From: Lytechinus pictus
Lineage: Eukaryota
DNA: 64,000 bases
Assembly (NCBI RefSeq): GCF_037042905.1
Contig: NC_087263.1
Span: 3,162,001 to 3,226,000 of the forward strand
Direction of reading: 5' to 3'
The notes below the pieces were generated by a model. It did not search any database, was not told the DNA's origin, and saw only the letters and a program-made list of their open reading frames with translations. The translations under genes and the position numbers were made by a program. Positions 14,101-26,823 of this stretch are shown one piece after another (the stretch's first letter is position 1; every line of letters begins with the position of its first letter).

Positions 14101-17100
14101 GTATTCTCCGCAAAGAAAGCAAAAGAGATTATAACGAGACGCCCATGAAGTGCAATTTTTACCGTTAAAGAGCATGTTATGCGTTGTGTCACGTCGTCTT
14201 AAGCTGGCTCATACCGGACAAGTCTGTTTGTTTTTGTTGTCCTTTTTTCCTTGTTTTTAAAGGAAAGTCGTTGAATAAATGTGGAAGTTAACATTGGATT
14301 GTAATGTTAAGCCGTAACCCACCCTTAATGTTTATGTTGGTGATCTTTGACCTTTGAGTAATGACCTAATGTTGACCTGTTGTTGATTTTAATTGTGTGT
14401 TGTATATTGTATAAAAAGTTGTAGTATTCTTAGTGCATTAATCGTTGCATTCATTCATTACATTGTATTCATTCATATTTTTAAAGTATTGTTGGGTTAA
14501 TGGTATTTCCGTCATGAATTTGTTGTTTTTATGTTCCTTCAGCTTGTGTTTAAGTTTACCCTCCCTCTCTCGAATCGTCTAAATGCGAGGTGCGGAAGGG
14601 GGAAAAATGTTTGTTGAAGTTTTAGTGTACATGTTGTAGATTCGAACGCAAGAAAGCAATGTCATGTTCTTTTTTAAACTTGTTTGATTGTATATGTTGG
14701 ATGTGACAGAGAGCAATTTCTTTCCCCGTTTTTTTTTCTGTTCTTCACCCGATTTTTATAATCGTTACGTTCTATGTTCACTTTCGTACTGGATGCATGT
14801 CATACGGTGAAGTATCCAAGTTATAAGCATGCCCTTCCCCCTTATTTTTTTAAAAAGTTCCTGCTTATTCGCCCCCTTTAAACGTTTAATATTTCTATTA
14901 AGTTAGTTATTTGTTACCGGTAACAGAAAGAAATTTCCTTTTCATTCCTTTATTCTTGGGGAAATCAAATTATTTCTTTATCTGCAAGATATTAAGAAAA
15001 ATATTTAAAAACTTAAACAAAGCAGGGAGTTGCATTTTTTAAATCCATTTGTCAGAAATTAATGATGTATCAGCGATAAATCGCACATATTCTTGGTAAA
15101 AAAAGTTCCAAGATTGAAATTTATTAATAAGACTGGTCTCTTGTTCCCAAGTTCATATCAAACCATTGACTATGAATGCTACATCTATGTTATAATAAAA
15201 TGTTCTCATGTGATATGCAGTCATATGGTCATCGTAAAATTATTGTTCAATAAGTCGACAGAATATTTTTATAGCTATACAAAGCAAAACCATTCCAGAA
15301 ACAAAGAAAACAAGGTCATTATGTCCATGCAAAGTCTTTTGGCATCATGTATAATGTAATCTCTGACTGTCGTCAGTATGGTAGCCTGAATGTATCAAAT
15401 CAATTTGTTTATTGATGCGAGTAACATATTCAATATTCCAATAAGATCTTTCCTTTTTCATACACAGTCCGACGTTTGTCTAAAATGTGATTTTGACCAA
15501 GAAATAGTTTGCTTCATAGGTGTTTATATAGGTGTAAAATTTCCCCTCTTTTTAATCCTAGGGTTCCTCTATGATGTGCCCCGACAATGATCAATGTCAG
15601 AAAGATTTGATTCTTTTTCTCTTTATTATTTCTCTGTTTGTACGTTTGTCGGCTTTGATCGTTCATTCTCTACCCTGCTTTTTGTTACCGTTCAAGAAAA
15701 TGAAAATGTTTGGATCGTTCTCTTGTTCTACCTGCGTTTGTGTCTCTTTTTTTTGTGGTATTATTAAAAGGCTAGCTTAGTTCTGTCATGTGAAACTTGT
15801 CTCCTTGTATCTTTCTTGTGTCAACCCTCTGTCTCTTAGAGTGTGTGATCGGCTGCTATGTCTGTTATGTCTGTCTGTCCTTCACAAGATTTCCTTTCTA
15901 TTTATTGCTAAAAGGTTGCAAATCCCTTATGTATTGTATCTCCAATCGTAATCACAGAATTCCTTTTTTTCATGTTTAACGTTATCCTTATTACCAACAT
16001 TTCAAAATTAAACCTGGGATCTCTTTCGTAAATTTTCCATTTATTTCCTTTCCCTCCATTCACATAATTGGCCAGTCATTTGTTATATGATTATGATTAT
16101 AATTTTAGGTACTTCGATCAACTTCATATATGTAATACCGTAAGATCATTAGTCCTGAAATATCTCAAGTGAGGGGGCAATGGTCAGATTTGGGTTTTAA
16201 GACCATCACTTTTGAAAAAATGTAGATAGATGGGTTCCACCCAGGCATCATCCTCTAAAGACAATTTGCCATTTAATACAGAAAGGTTATCTTAAAATGA
16301 AAACAAGAGGTACCTAAACAATTCATGCAGCTCGCCATGTGGATACACATGGAAAAAAAAGTTGAGTAGAAATTAATCAACTCTTGAGTAAAAAGGAACC
16401 TATGTGATTGGTGGGTTGATTTTCTGGTCATTTGAGGTAAAATGAATTTTCCATCTGTGAATTCTAATACAACAATAATCGGATAACATACAGTATTTAC
16501 TATGGTTTTACTCAACAAATGTGCATGATCGATGTTTACCCAAGTTTTATTTTACCCAATATCGCTATAACATGATAACAAAAATTACATTCCGTCAGTG
16601 GGCTGTCAGAAACTTGCCTTCATGTTAATAGCCCTGAAGCTTTTTGGCAAATTCAGCATGCTAACCTGAGGGCCAGGTTATAACACAAGAAGTGTGAAAT
16701 TTCGGAATAAACTTTGCTTTATAATAAAAAAAAGACTCATAAATAAAGGGATGTATGTTTTTTGAAATGCCATATGCACTGATTTAGATGATAGCGTTCC
16801 CATAGTAAAATACAGCACGTGTTGCTATACAAGGCAACATGAACAGTTTGACCAACCTAGCAACATCTCTTGCATGCAGGCTGAGATGGATAACATCCAA
16901 TTTAGTTTCATAATAATACATCTGGCGAGTGTTAGTCGTTGCGATTAAAAGTCGTGAATTTTAATGGCGCATTGAGAATTTTAGATGACGAGTTGATTAT
17001 TTAATGCTGATAAAGAGAAAACACTATTTTATGAAATAAGAGGTCTTTTGTTAGAACGATTTTCACGAATCAAAATGGATTGGATTACATGCTTAACCAT

Positions 17101-17467
17101 ATCGAGCTTTAAGATGTTATCTTCCCATACATTAGTTACTGTTGGAATGAACTTGGTGTTTTATTCCTTAATAGCATCCAAAGATGTATCTAATGTAAAT
17201 TTGTAGTAATGAATCAAAGAGAAATTGATAATTTTATCTGGATAGCAAGATCAAAAGCTGGTATACATCCTGATTCTGCCTAAATATGAACAATGATAAC
17301 CCCCCTCCCCAGAAAATATCAATTTTCAGCTATTGAACTCTGACATTAATCAATATACAATTTAGCTCTCTGATCTTTTTATTTTTGGTAATGGTATGTC
17401 TCACAAACTTTCTGAGGGGCTATAGGTTTAATTTTTCTGTGGGTGTTATGTATGCCTGGTACTCTTG

Positions 17468-17732
17468 GGCCCCGTCTTACAAAGAGTTACGATTGATCCA
17501 ATCAACCACAACTATGGAAAGCCAGCAACGTCAACATCTAAAATACATGTTTGTTCCAAATATTTTCTAGATACCATGCATATTCATACAATCACTGTTT
17601 TCTTGACAATTTAATATGCTTCTCTTTATTTTCAGAGGCAAAATTCTTAAAGAAAAAAATATGACAATGATGGATTTCCAGCATATACTTGAGGTTGATC
17701 GGATCAATCGTAACTCTTTGTAAGACGGGGCC
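17468..17732. mobile_element. Harbinger-type MITE with 3-bp TSD
   Basis: TIR GGCCCCGTCTTACAAAGAGTTACGATTGATCC is a perfect 32-bp inverted repeat; flanked by TTG...TTG. Confidence 0.9.
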
Positions 17733-17842
17733 TTGATCTTCAACCATTCATGTTCATGTAATGTTGCCAATTTGCTGTCACCGTCATCTGGAACCCGTTT
17801 ATCCCCTGTTAACCGTGGGTCTTGTCTAGTTATATGTGACCT

Positions 17843-17975
17843 GTGTCCCGTAACACCAAAGCTTAGCGATTGATCATAGAACTTATTTTTACAATTAATT
17901 GCCTTTACCACAATGTACAATCGATTGTAAAATGTAGTTTACAATCAATAGGTAAGTTTTGTGTCACGGAACTGG
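17843..17975. mobile_element. Degenerate MITE (relative of 56280-56402)
   Basis: Imperfect inverted ends CCCGTAACACCAAAGCTTAGCGATTGAT / ATCAATAGGTAAGTTTTGTGTCACGG. Confidence 0.5.
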
Positions 17976-19719
17976 TTAAACATAATCTTTGCAAAAGGTA
18001 TGCAATGCTATGGTAAGTCTTTTACAGACTTTAGGCCTAGTCTCAAGGCCAGCTGTTTTATGTATTTTGTGGCATTTTGATTCTACACCGAGTACAGTGC
18101 AATCTGGAGCCGTCAGGTATTGGACTACTTGAAAGAAGACTAATTCAGTAATGTAAAGTTCTTATTTTTAGCAAAGCTAAGAAAATGTTGTTCTGGTACT
18201 AATTCAAATTCAGTTAGGATCCATCCCTGTTAATTGTTTCCAAAAATACCGTTTTTGCCATGTATTCAATTTCGCCAAAATGCCAAAATATTTGCTTAAG
18301 AAGTGATATGCAATCGTTAATCGTCAATAAGAAACTGTATGTAACATGTAAATTTAGAAACCTGTTTAAAATATTCTGAGCTTTTTATATGGCTGAGTAT
18401 AAAAATAGAAACTTTGAAAATGTATGTATTATTGGTTTGAAAAAAGTGCCATAATTGTCTATACCAATATGGTCACAAGTTTTCTCATGAAGTTTACTGT
18501 TATTTATTTAAAATTTAAACCCCCGTCTGATATATGTTCCCAGTCCCATATACCCATTTTCCTGCTGTGAAAGTTTGGGATTATGTTATTTTGTAAAGAT
18601 TTTTATTCGAAAAAATGAAATGCAATAAAAACGTTGGGTGGTCGTCATATTATTGTCTGTCGGATGTTTACATATCTTGGTATAGATGAGTCAGTACTGA
18701 AAAAAAGAGAAATTATATCTTGTTTAGAAAAAGTTGTGTATGTATGTGTAATTTACATGCCTCAATATAGATATGAATCTGCATTTTGGACTGTTAATTA
18801 TTGTATTTGAAAGTGAAGAAATGTTATTTATGGTGCATGTGAACCTGCCTAGTAGTCTAAACCCAAATTGTGTATTTAAAAGTGGCCCTGTTCTCACAGA
18901 TAGATATGAAAGTCATAGCCTTGCTCAGAAGTTGAGCCGTATGTTTAGAGCCCAATGCAACGAGATGCATAGATATTCTTCATAGTCCCATGTATGTGAA
19001 TTTGTATCAGGTAAAACTATGTTATGTATAATCAAACTTAATGTTGCACCGTCCAGTGTAAACGCCCCCCTCTCCCCCGAATGTGCCATAGTTAGTTTAC
19101 AATGCCCGTACCACGTACTTAGATCCAACTTTGTTGCTATGGATACCGTGTGATGCCGTATGTTACGTGGTTATTATTTATAATACTTTAGTGTACTAAG
19201 TGAACGTCGTAGTGCATTATAGTCACGTTTCACTTTTTTTTAACTGTTTTGTGCTGGAGCTGAAGTCCTTTTCAGTTTTCTTTTGTAGATAGAGGAGTTC
19301 ACTGTTTTTATCTGTAATTTATTGAATATTTTGGAGTCTAAACCACCCGCGTTACTCTTTGTGAGAATTTTAAAGAAAAAAATAGATAATTGGTGTGTTT
19401 TCAAGGAGGAAAAAAGAGACTTTTGATGTTGGTGTTATTGACCGTTTTTTCGCTGAGCTCCAGCAGAAGGGATATGCTGTCACGTATGTAACACTGCCAG
19501 ATGGACAGCAGGGAGCAGCAAAATGGGTTGATGCTCCGAGAAGAACTGTGTGTGGATTATACATTGGCACAGAGAAATTTCTATTTGTGCTGTGATATGA
19601 TTAAAGGAAGAGAAAAAAATGAATAAAAATTAAATAATGACCTGCAAAATTTTGCACTGAAATCTTATTTATGATGTGTATTGTGGTCAGTGATGTTCTG
19701 TTATGTGGAGGGGAGCAGA

Positions 19720-20170
19720 GTGATGATGAGGATGGTAATGATGATTACGATANNNNNNNNNNNNNNNNNNNNNNNNNNNNNNNNNNNNNNNNNNNNNNNN
19801 NNNNNNNNNNNNNNNNNNNNNNNNNNNNNNNNNNNNNNNNNNNNNNNNNNNNNNNNNNNNNNNNNNNNNNNNNNNNNNNNNNNNNNNNNNNNNNNNNNNN
19901 NNNNNNNNNNNNNNNNNAGGAGGAGGAGATAGTGGTAGTGGTGGTAATGATAATGATGATAATGATGACGATGGCAGTGGTGGTGATGATGGTAATGATG
20001 ATGATGATGGTAATGATAATGATGGTGGTGGTAGTGGTGGTGATGATGGTAGTAGTGGTGGTGATGATTATGGTGTTGAGGAGGAGATAGTGGTAGTGGT
20101 GGTAATGATAATGATGGTGGTGGTAGTGGTGGTGATGATGAGGTCAAGGATGAGGAGGATGGTGTTCGTG
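19720..20170. repeat. (GAT/GGT)n trinucleotide low-complexity repeat containing the assembly gap 19753-19917
   Basis: Seen directly; run of 165 Ns. Confidence 0.95.
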
Positions 20171-20804
20171 ATTTAGAGGAATGGTCATTTGTCGACTCGA
20201 GGGGCCACGGGAGCCGTGGATGATCCACCGATGTGGAGGCAGAGACTATGGAAAATAAGACACCCCTCCCCCTAACACCACCACCATCGGATTTGCGACA
20301 ACCTGTAAGTTTGGGAAGGAGAGAAAATACGACATTCCTTCTATTATAAAAACATTTTGATTAATATTTGCTTGTCAATTTTGGGAGGGCACCGACCCAA
20401 AGTCAAAGGGGGTTTGAAATGTGTGTGGTCTCATTGACTGCGTGTTATATTAAATACATTGAAATATACGTTTTAAGATACCTATACTAAATTACTACAG
20501 AGAATAAATTGACATAATTGTATTTGTACAGAGAAACTAAAACGTTTTGAGAGGAAAAGTAATTGTTTTGCTATTTGGTTACATAACTATTGCGGTATAA
20601 ATTTATTGAATAGTTAATTAGCATATCATTCACGTGGGTGTATATTACTGGACTATGCACTAGCATGGGTCATGAAACTGGCCAGGTATGAGTAGTTGAG
20701 GACTCGAGATGGCGCTATTGGTTTGTATCTCTGTGTGTATTTAAAACAAAAAAGTATCTGCTTTAAGACGGCATTTCTCTCTAGCTTCCCACCTCCCTCC
20801 CTTC

Positions 20805-21412
20805 CAGAGGCGTCGATCCTGGGGGGGGGGGGGGGCGATCGCCCCCCCAATGAAAATATTTGGGGGCAAACATATCATTTTGCCCCCCCCCCCCAATAAT
20901 TCCACATGTGCAAAAATAAAATAAGATTGTAATGTTACACACAAATCAGCAAGCGGGATTGAGATACGCAACTCGTATTTTATTTAAAATCTTGCTCAAA
21001 ATGTCCACTTTTCGGATTAGAATATAAAAATTTTCAGCTCGAGCTTCGCGCTTGCATCGTTTCTGAAGCACAACCCATACTTCTCATGATTAAATAGGTG
21101 AATAGAATGTCCCGTTTTCAGTTCTAAACTTCAAAAGAACTCCCGCTTCGATTTGCAATAATCTTTTGTTGGATATATATCTTGTTCTTTATTAAAAACG
21201 TCCATTAAACTGTCAATTTTTTCTGATCGAAATATCAAAATTTTCAGCTCGCGCTTCGCGCTCGCATCTATTGTTCGTTTAGATACCCATCTTAATCATT
21301 GGTACCAAAAATGTTTAGAATATCAAGCTTTCAGGTCAGAATATAAAGAAGTTTCAGCTCGCTCTCGGCGCTCGCATTAATTTGTTGGTGGGATATGTGT
21401 CCCTTTCTCATA

Positions 21413-21470
<58 letters not shown>

Positions 21471-21570
21471 AGGAGGGTGTGTGGGTGAGTTTGTTTTGTG
21501 TGATCGAGCGCCTTTGGAACGTTGATTCATGATTTCGCCCCCCAATCTGAAAAATGGATCGACGCACCTG
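20805..21570. mobile_element. Non-autonomous hAT-type DNA transposon
   Basis: Termini CAGAGGCGTCGATCC / GGATCGACGCACCTG; exact 8-bp TSD CTCCCTTC (20797-20804 and 21571-21578); internal GCTCGCGCTTCGCGCTCGC repeats and a (TA)n(GT)n microsatellite. Confidence 0.9.
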
Positions 21571-21905
21571 CTCCCTTCTTCCTCCCCACTGCTCTCTCTT
21601 TTACTTCATCTGTCTCTCTTTCTCTTTCTCTGTCTCTCTCTCCCTCTGTGACTCCCCCTCTCTCTTCTCTTTTCCTCTTTTATTTCCCGTTCTCATTTAT
21701 TTCTCATCTCTACCTCTTACCCCATCTTTATCTCTCTTTTTTTCTCTTCTTCTTGTTCTTTATCTTTCTGTTCCTCATTCTTTCTCTTCTTTTTTCTTTT
21801 TCTTCTTCTTCTTTTACTTCTTCTTCTCCTATCCTTCTTCTCCCCCTCTCTACCCTATCTACTTCTCTACTTCTCTACTTCTACTTCTTTCGTCCTTCCT
21901 TCCTC
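21571..21905. repeat. Long polypyrimidine (CT/CTT) low-complexity tract
   Basis: About 330 nt, almost entirely C/T on the + strand. Confidence 0.9.
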
Positions 21906-22835
21906 GGGTGCAATCCAAACCAGTGCTAAATAGGTTGCCTAACTTTACGACACCAAATACCAATATGGTTGAAATACGTCATTACAATCTGTATTTATTT
22001 CAGTACTACATCGGTGCTGCATGTTACAAAAATGGAAAGAGAGTGTCAAACATTTATATCACAAATACATGTTTAGTTTGATTGTCATACTGCAATTTTA
22101 CATTATCATTTTGAGGATTCGAGTTACAAATAATCACTTAATAATCATGAAAAAACTCGAAGTTCTAAAACATAATCCATCTATTTCCACACAATTGCAC
22201 GTATTTCTTCCTTGAAACTCCAACAATTTTTTTTGTAAATAAACAGTCTATTGATTTTGATTCATTAATAATTTACAAATATTTCAAATATATCAAATAT
22301 AAAAATATATCTAATATATACATCAGAAATAAATATCAACAAAAAACATCATCCCCAAAATCTGATGTCAGGATATAGCGTTTACGAAAGTATTTGTCAT
22401 TTTGCGATCAATGTATCTATAAGCAGGGATGTTTCATAACAAGGAAAAACCAATTAGAAAATCATCGACTGATAAAAATAAGGATATAGATTCAAAGAAG
22501 GAGAGGAAACAAATATAGGGTCTGCTAATTACCAGGGCCCTGTCCATGGTCGGAGGATTAGTATATTAATTGTTACTGGGGGTGCTGACTGCTGAGCACT
22601 GTCACAGCATCCCCAGTAACCATGGTAACAATAGATAATCCTCCATGGCCAGGTCCATGCTGCTTTCATCACTTTCCTAAAACGTGTGGATCTTTGTATC
22701 TGGGAATTATGATATTTTTCACTTAATATGAAGAATTGACTGGTTCTGGACTGGGATAAAAGAATGTTTTTAATTTGAAATTTCAACCTGTATACTGCGT
22801 ACCATATTTCTAACTCAAACGAGTTCATCATTGAT

Positions 22836-24668
22836 TTATTCATTTCCACTTTTACCCCCTCCCTCTTCATTGGTCACTTCAGGCGTGACGTCATTCCCAG
22901 CATGTTCCGATTCGAGAGATCCCGAAACGACCTCCGTACCATCTTTCTCATCGGTCTGACTTTCATCCACCTGATTTACTTCCGGATCATGAACAGAAGG
23001 AGCATTTCCATCATTTAAACCACAATCCTCATCAACATCATCACGAACTTCAACCGTCTGATCTGCTGCCTGAGTATTTTCATCACCTGAATGTTGTTCC
23101 TGTTCGTCATCATTATACAAATCTTCAACCGCGCAATCATTGGTGTCCAGGTTTTCGTGATCCGAGTTATTTTCGACGTCATCCGATCGCCCATCGATGC
23201 CGTCGTCATCGACGTCATTCAGGTTTTCAATTGATTTCGACGCCAGGGAATCCAATTGCATTTTAGTCGTCGCAGTCAAAGAAGGTCGTCGGTCTGTTTC
23301 CGTTTTCCAGTCTGTGACCGGCGTGTTGGCGGTGATGCGTAGCCCTGCCAGACTCTCCTGACGCTCAATCTCACGACGTTTGATCGCTTCCGGTAAGAAG
23401 CGGTCACGGGAGAGTTTAGAAAGCAGCGGTGACCGCACGCGAGGTTTACGCTCAATGCATGTTAGTGGTCCGCGTTTGCTCCGTTCCGAATCGAAAACGT
23501 TAGTCTCAATACCTCCCCTGATGGCCGTTTCACCCGGCGTGAGGTGGTTAACCGATTGTGTTCTCAACCGCGGTGCGTCTAACCGCGTTGTTGTGTTAGC
23601 GGCTACCGCGACGGTTGGCAGGCTGGGGAAGCTGTATGACCGCTTCATACGGTGCTTCTCAAGGTTGTGAGACAACTCCATGGCTATAACGTATTCCACA
23701 CCGTGATGTCCCTTTACGAGTTTATTCTCACTCGACAGGTCCTTCTGGACACTGGTCATTCTAGCTTTTGCCTGTTTGTGCAGATGATCAATCTTCGAAT
23801 TCAGCTTCGCGCTTGGCTTCCGTACCGGCTTTGGTGGCGGTTTCTTCAGCGTCCCAATGGGTGAGCGGCCGGCAAGACTCGAGCGTGCTGTCAGGTTCTC
23901 CAGGAACTTCTTGAAGACATAGTCTCTGGATTCCTTGGTTGGGTCGTTCGGTGGTGGCACGGAGTTGGTGATGGTTTGGTACTGCTCTCGATACCTCCCT
24001 GCGGCTCCTTTCAAGTTCGGCTCACCATACGGGCTGATAGCTATGTTCTCTCGCTTCTGATATACGGTATAGCTACTATACGGCCGACAGGTACGCTCCT
24101 TCGAATCACCACCGCTTCCACGGTTAGCATCTTTAATAACCTCACACGTCTTCTTTGTCCTCTCTGTATGAGTGGCGAAAGCCTTCCCTTGATCAAATGC
24201 ATACTTGATCGGTTGACCTCTACCGATCGAACGTCTCCCATCACCCGCATGACTCCGCATGGCTGATCTCGACGGTGGCGGCGGCAGTGTGGAATCAGAA
24301 TAACCTCCCCACGACAGTACCGACATCGCTTTCGAACTCCTCGCCGTGCTCACTCGATTCCTGTCCCTCTCCGGGTCACCATCGTCGAGATCGAAGTCGA
24401 TGCTCCTCGTGGCGCTTTTGCTTCTCGCGCCTCCCCGGCCGCGTTGACCCGCCCGACCTCGTGGCGACTTCGAACCCCGGTTCGATCTCGAGGATGACGT
24501 CGATGTGTGATGGCTGAGGGAGGTATCTGGACGCCATTCCTTCTCGGTCTTGATGATGTCTTGGAAGACACATTCGTCCTCGTCGGCAGGCGGGATGAAG
24601 AAGGTTGCGAAGTAGCCTTTCTTGCTACCGAGACTCGCTGATTTCATTACATCTTCGTTCAGCAACAT
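22836..24668 (-). CDS. Uncharacterised 610-aa protein, predicted largely disordered (Ser/Arg-rich basic N-half, acidic C-tail); single coding exon
   Basis: 1.8-kb GC-richer uninterrupted ORF in AT-rich DNA. Splice acceptor (TTACAG|) with exon boundary at 24673, first ATG at 24668, stop at 22836-22838. A longer N-terminus from unidentified exons is possible. Confidence 0.85.
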   Translation of the reverse strand: MLLNEDVMKSASLGSKKGYFATFFIPPADEDECVFQDIIKTEKEWRPDTSLSHHTSTSSSRSNRGSKSPRGRAGQRGRGGARSKSATRSIDFDLDDGDPERDRNRVSTARSSKAMSVLSWGGYSDSTLPPPPSRSAMRSHAGDGRRSIGRGQPIKYAFDQGKAFATHTERTKKTCEVIKDANRGSGGDSKERTCRPYSSYTVYQKRENIAISPYGEPNLKGAAGRYREQYQTITNSVPPPNDPTKESRDYVFKKFLENLTARSSLAGRSPIGTLKKPPPKPVRKPSAKLNSKIDHLHKQAKARMTSVQKDLSSENKLVKGHHGVEYVIAMELSHNLEKHRMKRSYSFPSLPTVAVAANTTTRLDAPRLRTQSVNHLTPGETAIRGGIETNVFDSERSKRGPLTCIERKPRVRSPLLSKLSRDRFLPEAIKRREIERQESLAGLRITANTPVTDWKTETDRRPSLTATTKMQLDSLASKSIENLNDVDDDGIDGRSDDVENNSDHENLDTNDCAVEDLYNDDEQEQHSGDENTQAADQTVEVRDDVDEDCGLNDGNAPSVHDPEVNQVDESQTDEKDGTEVVSGSLESEHAGNDVTPEVTNEEGGGKSGNE

Positions 24669-25926
24669 GATTCCTGTAAGCAAAGACACGAAAGTATATT
24701 AAAAAAATGATTCATTTGTAATTAAGTGATTCCAAAACATTACAATAAAAAACGGATATTTCAATCACAGTGTTTGCAATAAATTTGGCAGGCAGAAAAA
24801 AAAGAACCAGATATTCTAAGAAATCCGATGAAAATGGTGTAACCCTACCCCCCCCTAAAAAAGTCCAATGCCAAATCTACCAAATTGCAAGTGTTGTTTT
24901 TTCGGGGTGGTGTCTACTTTATGTGGCATGATGAACCTTGCTTTTTGGTTTTATTATAAGCAAGGTAATAAACCAGTCCAAATCCATTCGAATTTGGGCG
25001 GAACCTCATTTGATGTGGAATGTTATCGACTAACATTAATCGATATTCACTATCAAAAGAATGTAATCATCGTAAACTCTTTATCGGAATTACTTCTCAT
25101 GTTTAGACAAAATCGCATCTACCCGTCTCCATAAGTTTAAGTTTGATGTAATAGTCAAAACTTGAGTAATATTGGCATAAACTGTTTCTTAATGACTGTT
25201 TCATTTATTATCTCTATATGCTAACTAATTTAGTTTAATCTAGTAGGCCTGATATAAAAAAATATTTACAAGTAAGACATGCAGTTCACACTTTCGCGCA
25301 GACTAGGTTGGCATGGTTGGGATTCGATATATCGCCTTGGGCTAATCGAGCGATTCATTATTATAATGCTCAATCTGTATCGAGTATTGATCGTCTGCGT
25401 TATACTCCAACATATGAAAGAATTTCTTTAGAACTTCGTGACTTCTATAATATAATAGTAGACTGTGTCGATCGTTACGCTATGAAACAGATTATCACTT
25501 CGCGAGAGTGATGATGAATAGGTGTGTAGCTTACAAAGCTTTAAAAACAAACTGCCCCCTGTCTGCTTCCACACAATATTTCAAAAGCACTGTTTCAATA
25601 CCCATTGCTTTTTCCATTGACATGATTTTGCTTAGTTAGTTGTTTCCTAGTTCATATTATAATCCTATTTAGTATAACAAAACTCTTTAAACAGACTGCC
25701 CCCTGCCAAGTCAAACTATTCTTCCCCAAAATATGACAAATATACCATTTCATCTTCCCCTTGCACTGTCCATTTAACATCATGGTGTGTATTTAGATGT
25801 TTTGTGATTCATATCATAACTTTAATTTAGCACAGGGATATTGGCGCTCAATTAGCCATTAACTAATTTACCAGCGGTCTCTTTATTCATGGTATATACC
25901 ACTTTATAATATTCTAATACTACGAG

Positions 25927-25977
<51 letters not shown>
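25927..25977. repeat. (CA)n(TA)n microsatellite
   Basis: Seen directly. Confidence 0.95.
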
Positions 25978-25978
<1 letters not shown>

Positions 25979-26100
25979 CAGGTTGCGTATGAAAAAAACC
26001 AAAAGTCGTTAAAAGCAACTCCTCAATAAAGTTTTATTATTAATAATTTCAACAAACATGTTTGTTTATTTCCTGTCTCTGCTCAATCAATGACATCCAG

Positions 26101-26314
26101 ATTTCAATTCAATTTAATTCTTTATTCCATTTTCATTTCCATCAAAACAAAATACAAAGTAATATAGAGTAATACAAATCAAGTAAAATTTTACAGACGA
26201 GCATTCTTACTTCGTAAAACAAAAAACAGTATAATATCGAGCATAAATGGAAATGGAGGGGGGGGGGGGTCCGCTAAAAAGCAAAGCTCGTAAAGTGTGG
26301 ATCACCCTTGGAAA
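26101..26314 (-). mobile_element. 5'-truncated non-LTR retroelement 3' end; copy of 46385-46585
   Basis: Reverse complement matches 46385-46585 closely; ends in AATAAA plus a (TTGAA)n tail. Confidence 0.75.
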
Positions 26315-26823
26315 TGGAGAAAATATAGTCGACTTATTCATATATGCGTATATATACAGGAAAGAAAAAAAGAAGGAACTAAAAGATCGAAAACATATTG
26401 ATGTAAACATAGTTACTGATCAAATGCAAATTCAATTTCAAATGCAGATATAATTTTATCTGTGACAACTTTGAGAACTTTGACCTAACCTGTATGCTCT
26501 CCTTATCAAACAAATAAAAAATGAATTGGGTGACCTAAGAAATCGGTTGATGATGAATCTTCATAAATTTCATATAATACTATTTCCGACGTCTTTTGTT
26601 ACGAGCACTGTGGGAAGGAAAGATGGATGATAAAATGATGAATGCATACAATAGAATAGTCTCTATCGACAGGTGTACATCTCTACAGAGTTTCCTTAAA
26701 GTCAGTGTCATCAACAATTTCATTTCTAAAAATTAAAAAAATGACCTAGAGTGCCAGGAAGTATTAGAAATGAAATGAGAGTTTCAATGTGTATACATCA
26801 CATTTGATCGAATTAAACCGCAT

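Larger units (their letters stand above)
9534..19630 (+). other. Putative terminal non-coding exon / long 3' UTR of CELF with multiple poly(A) signals
   Basis: U/UG-rich and non-coding, with few repeats. AATAAA at 9901, 10534, 10742, 18624, 19622 and elsewhere. The true 3' end(s) cannot be fixed from sequence alone. Confidence 0.5.

Noticed and set aside
20221-20223. In-frame TGA as selenocysteine
   Set aside because: No gene context, no redox motif and no SECIS identified.
19671-20228. His-rich / Met-Val-rich ORFs
   Set aside because: Translations of a trinucleotide microsatellite spanning an N gap.
21522-22081. Hydrophobic Phe/Leu/Ser ORFs resembling membrane proteins
   Set aside because: Artefact of the polypyrimidine tract.
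23015-24573. Short overlapping and antisense ORFs inside the 610-aa gene
   Set aside because: Shadow frames of a GC-richer coding exon.
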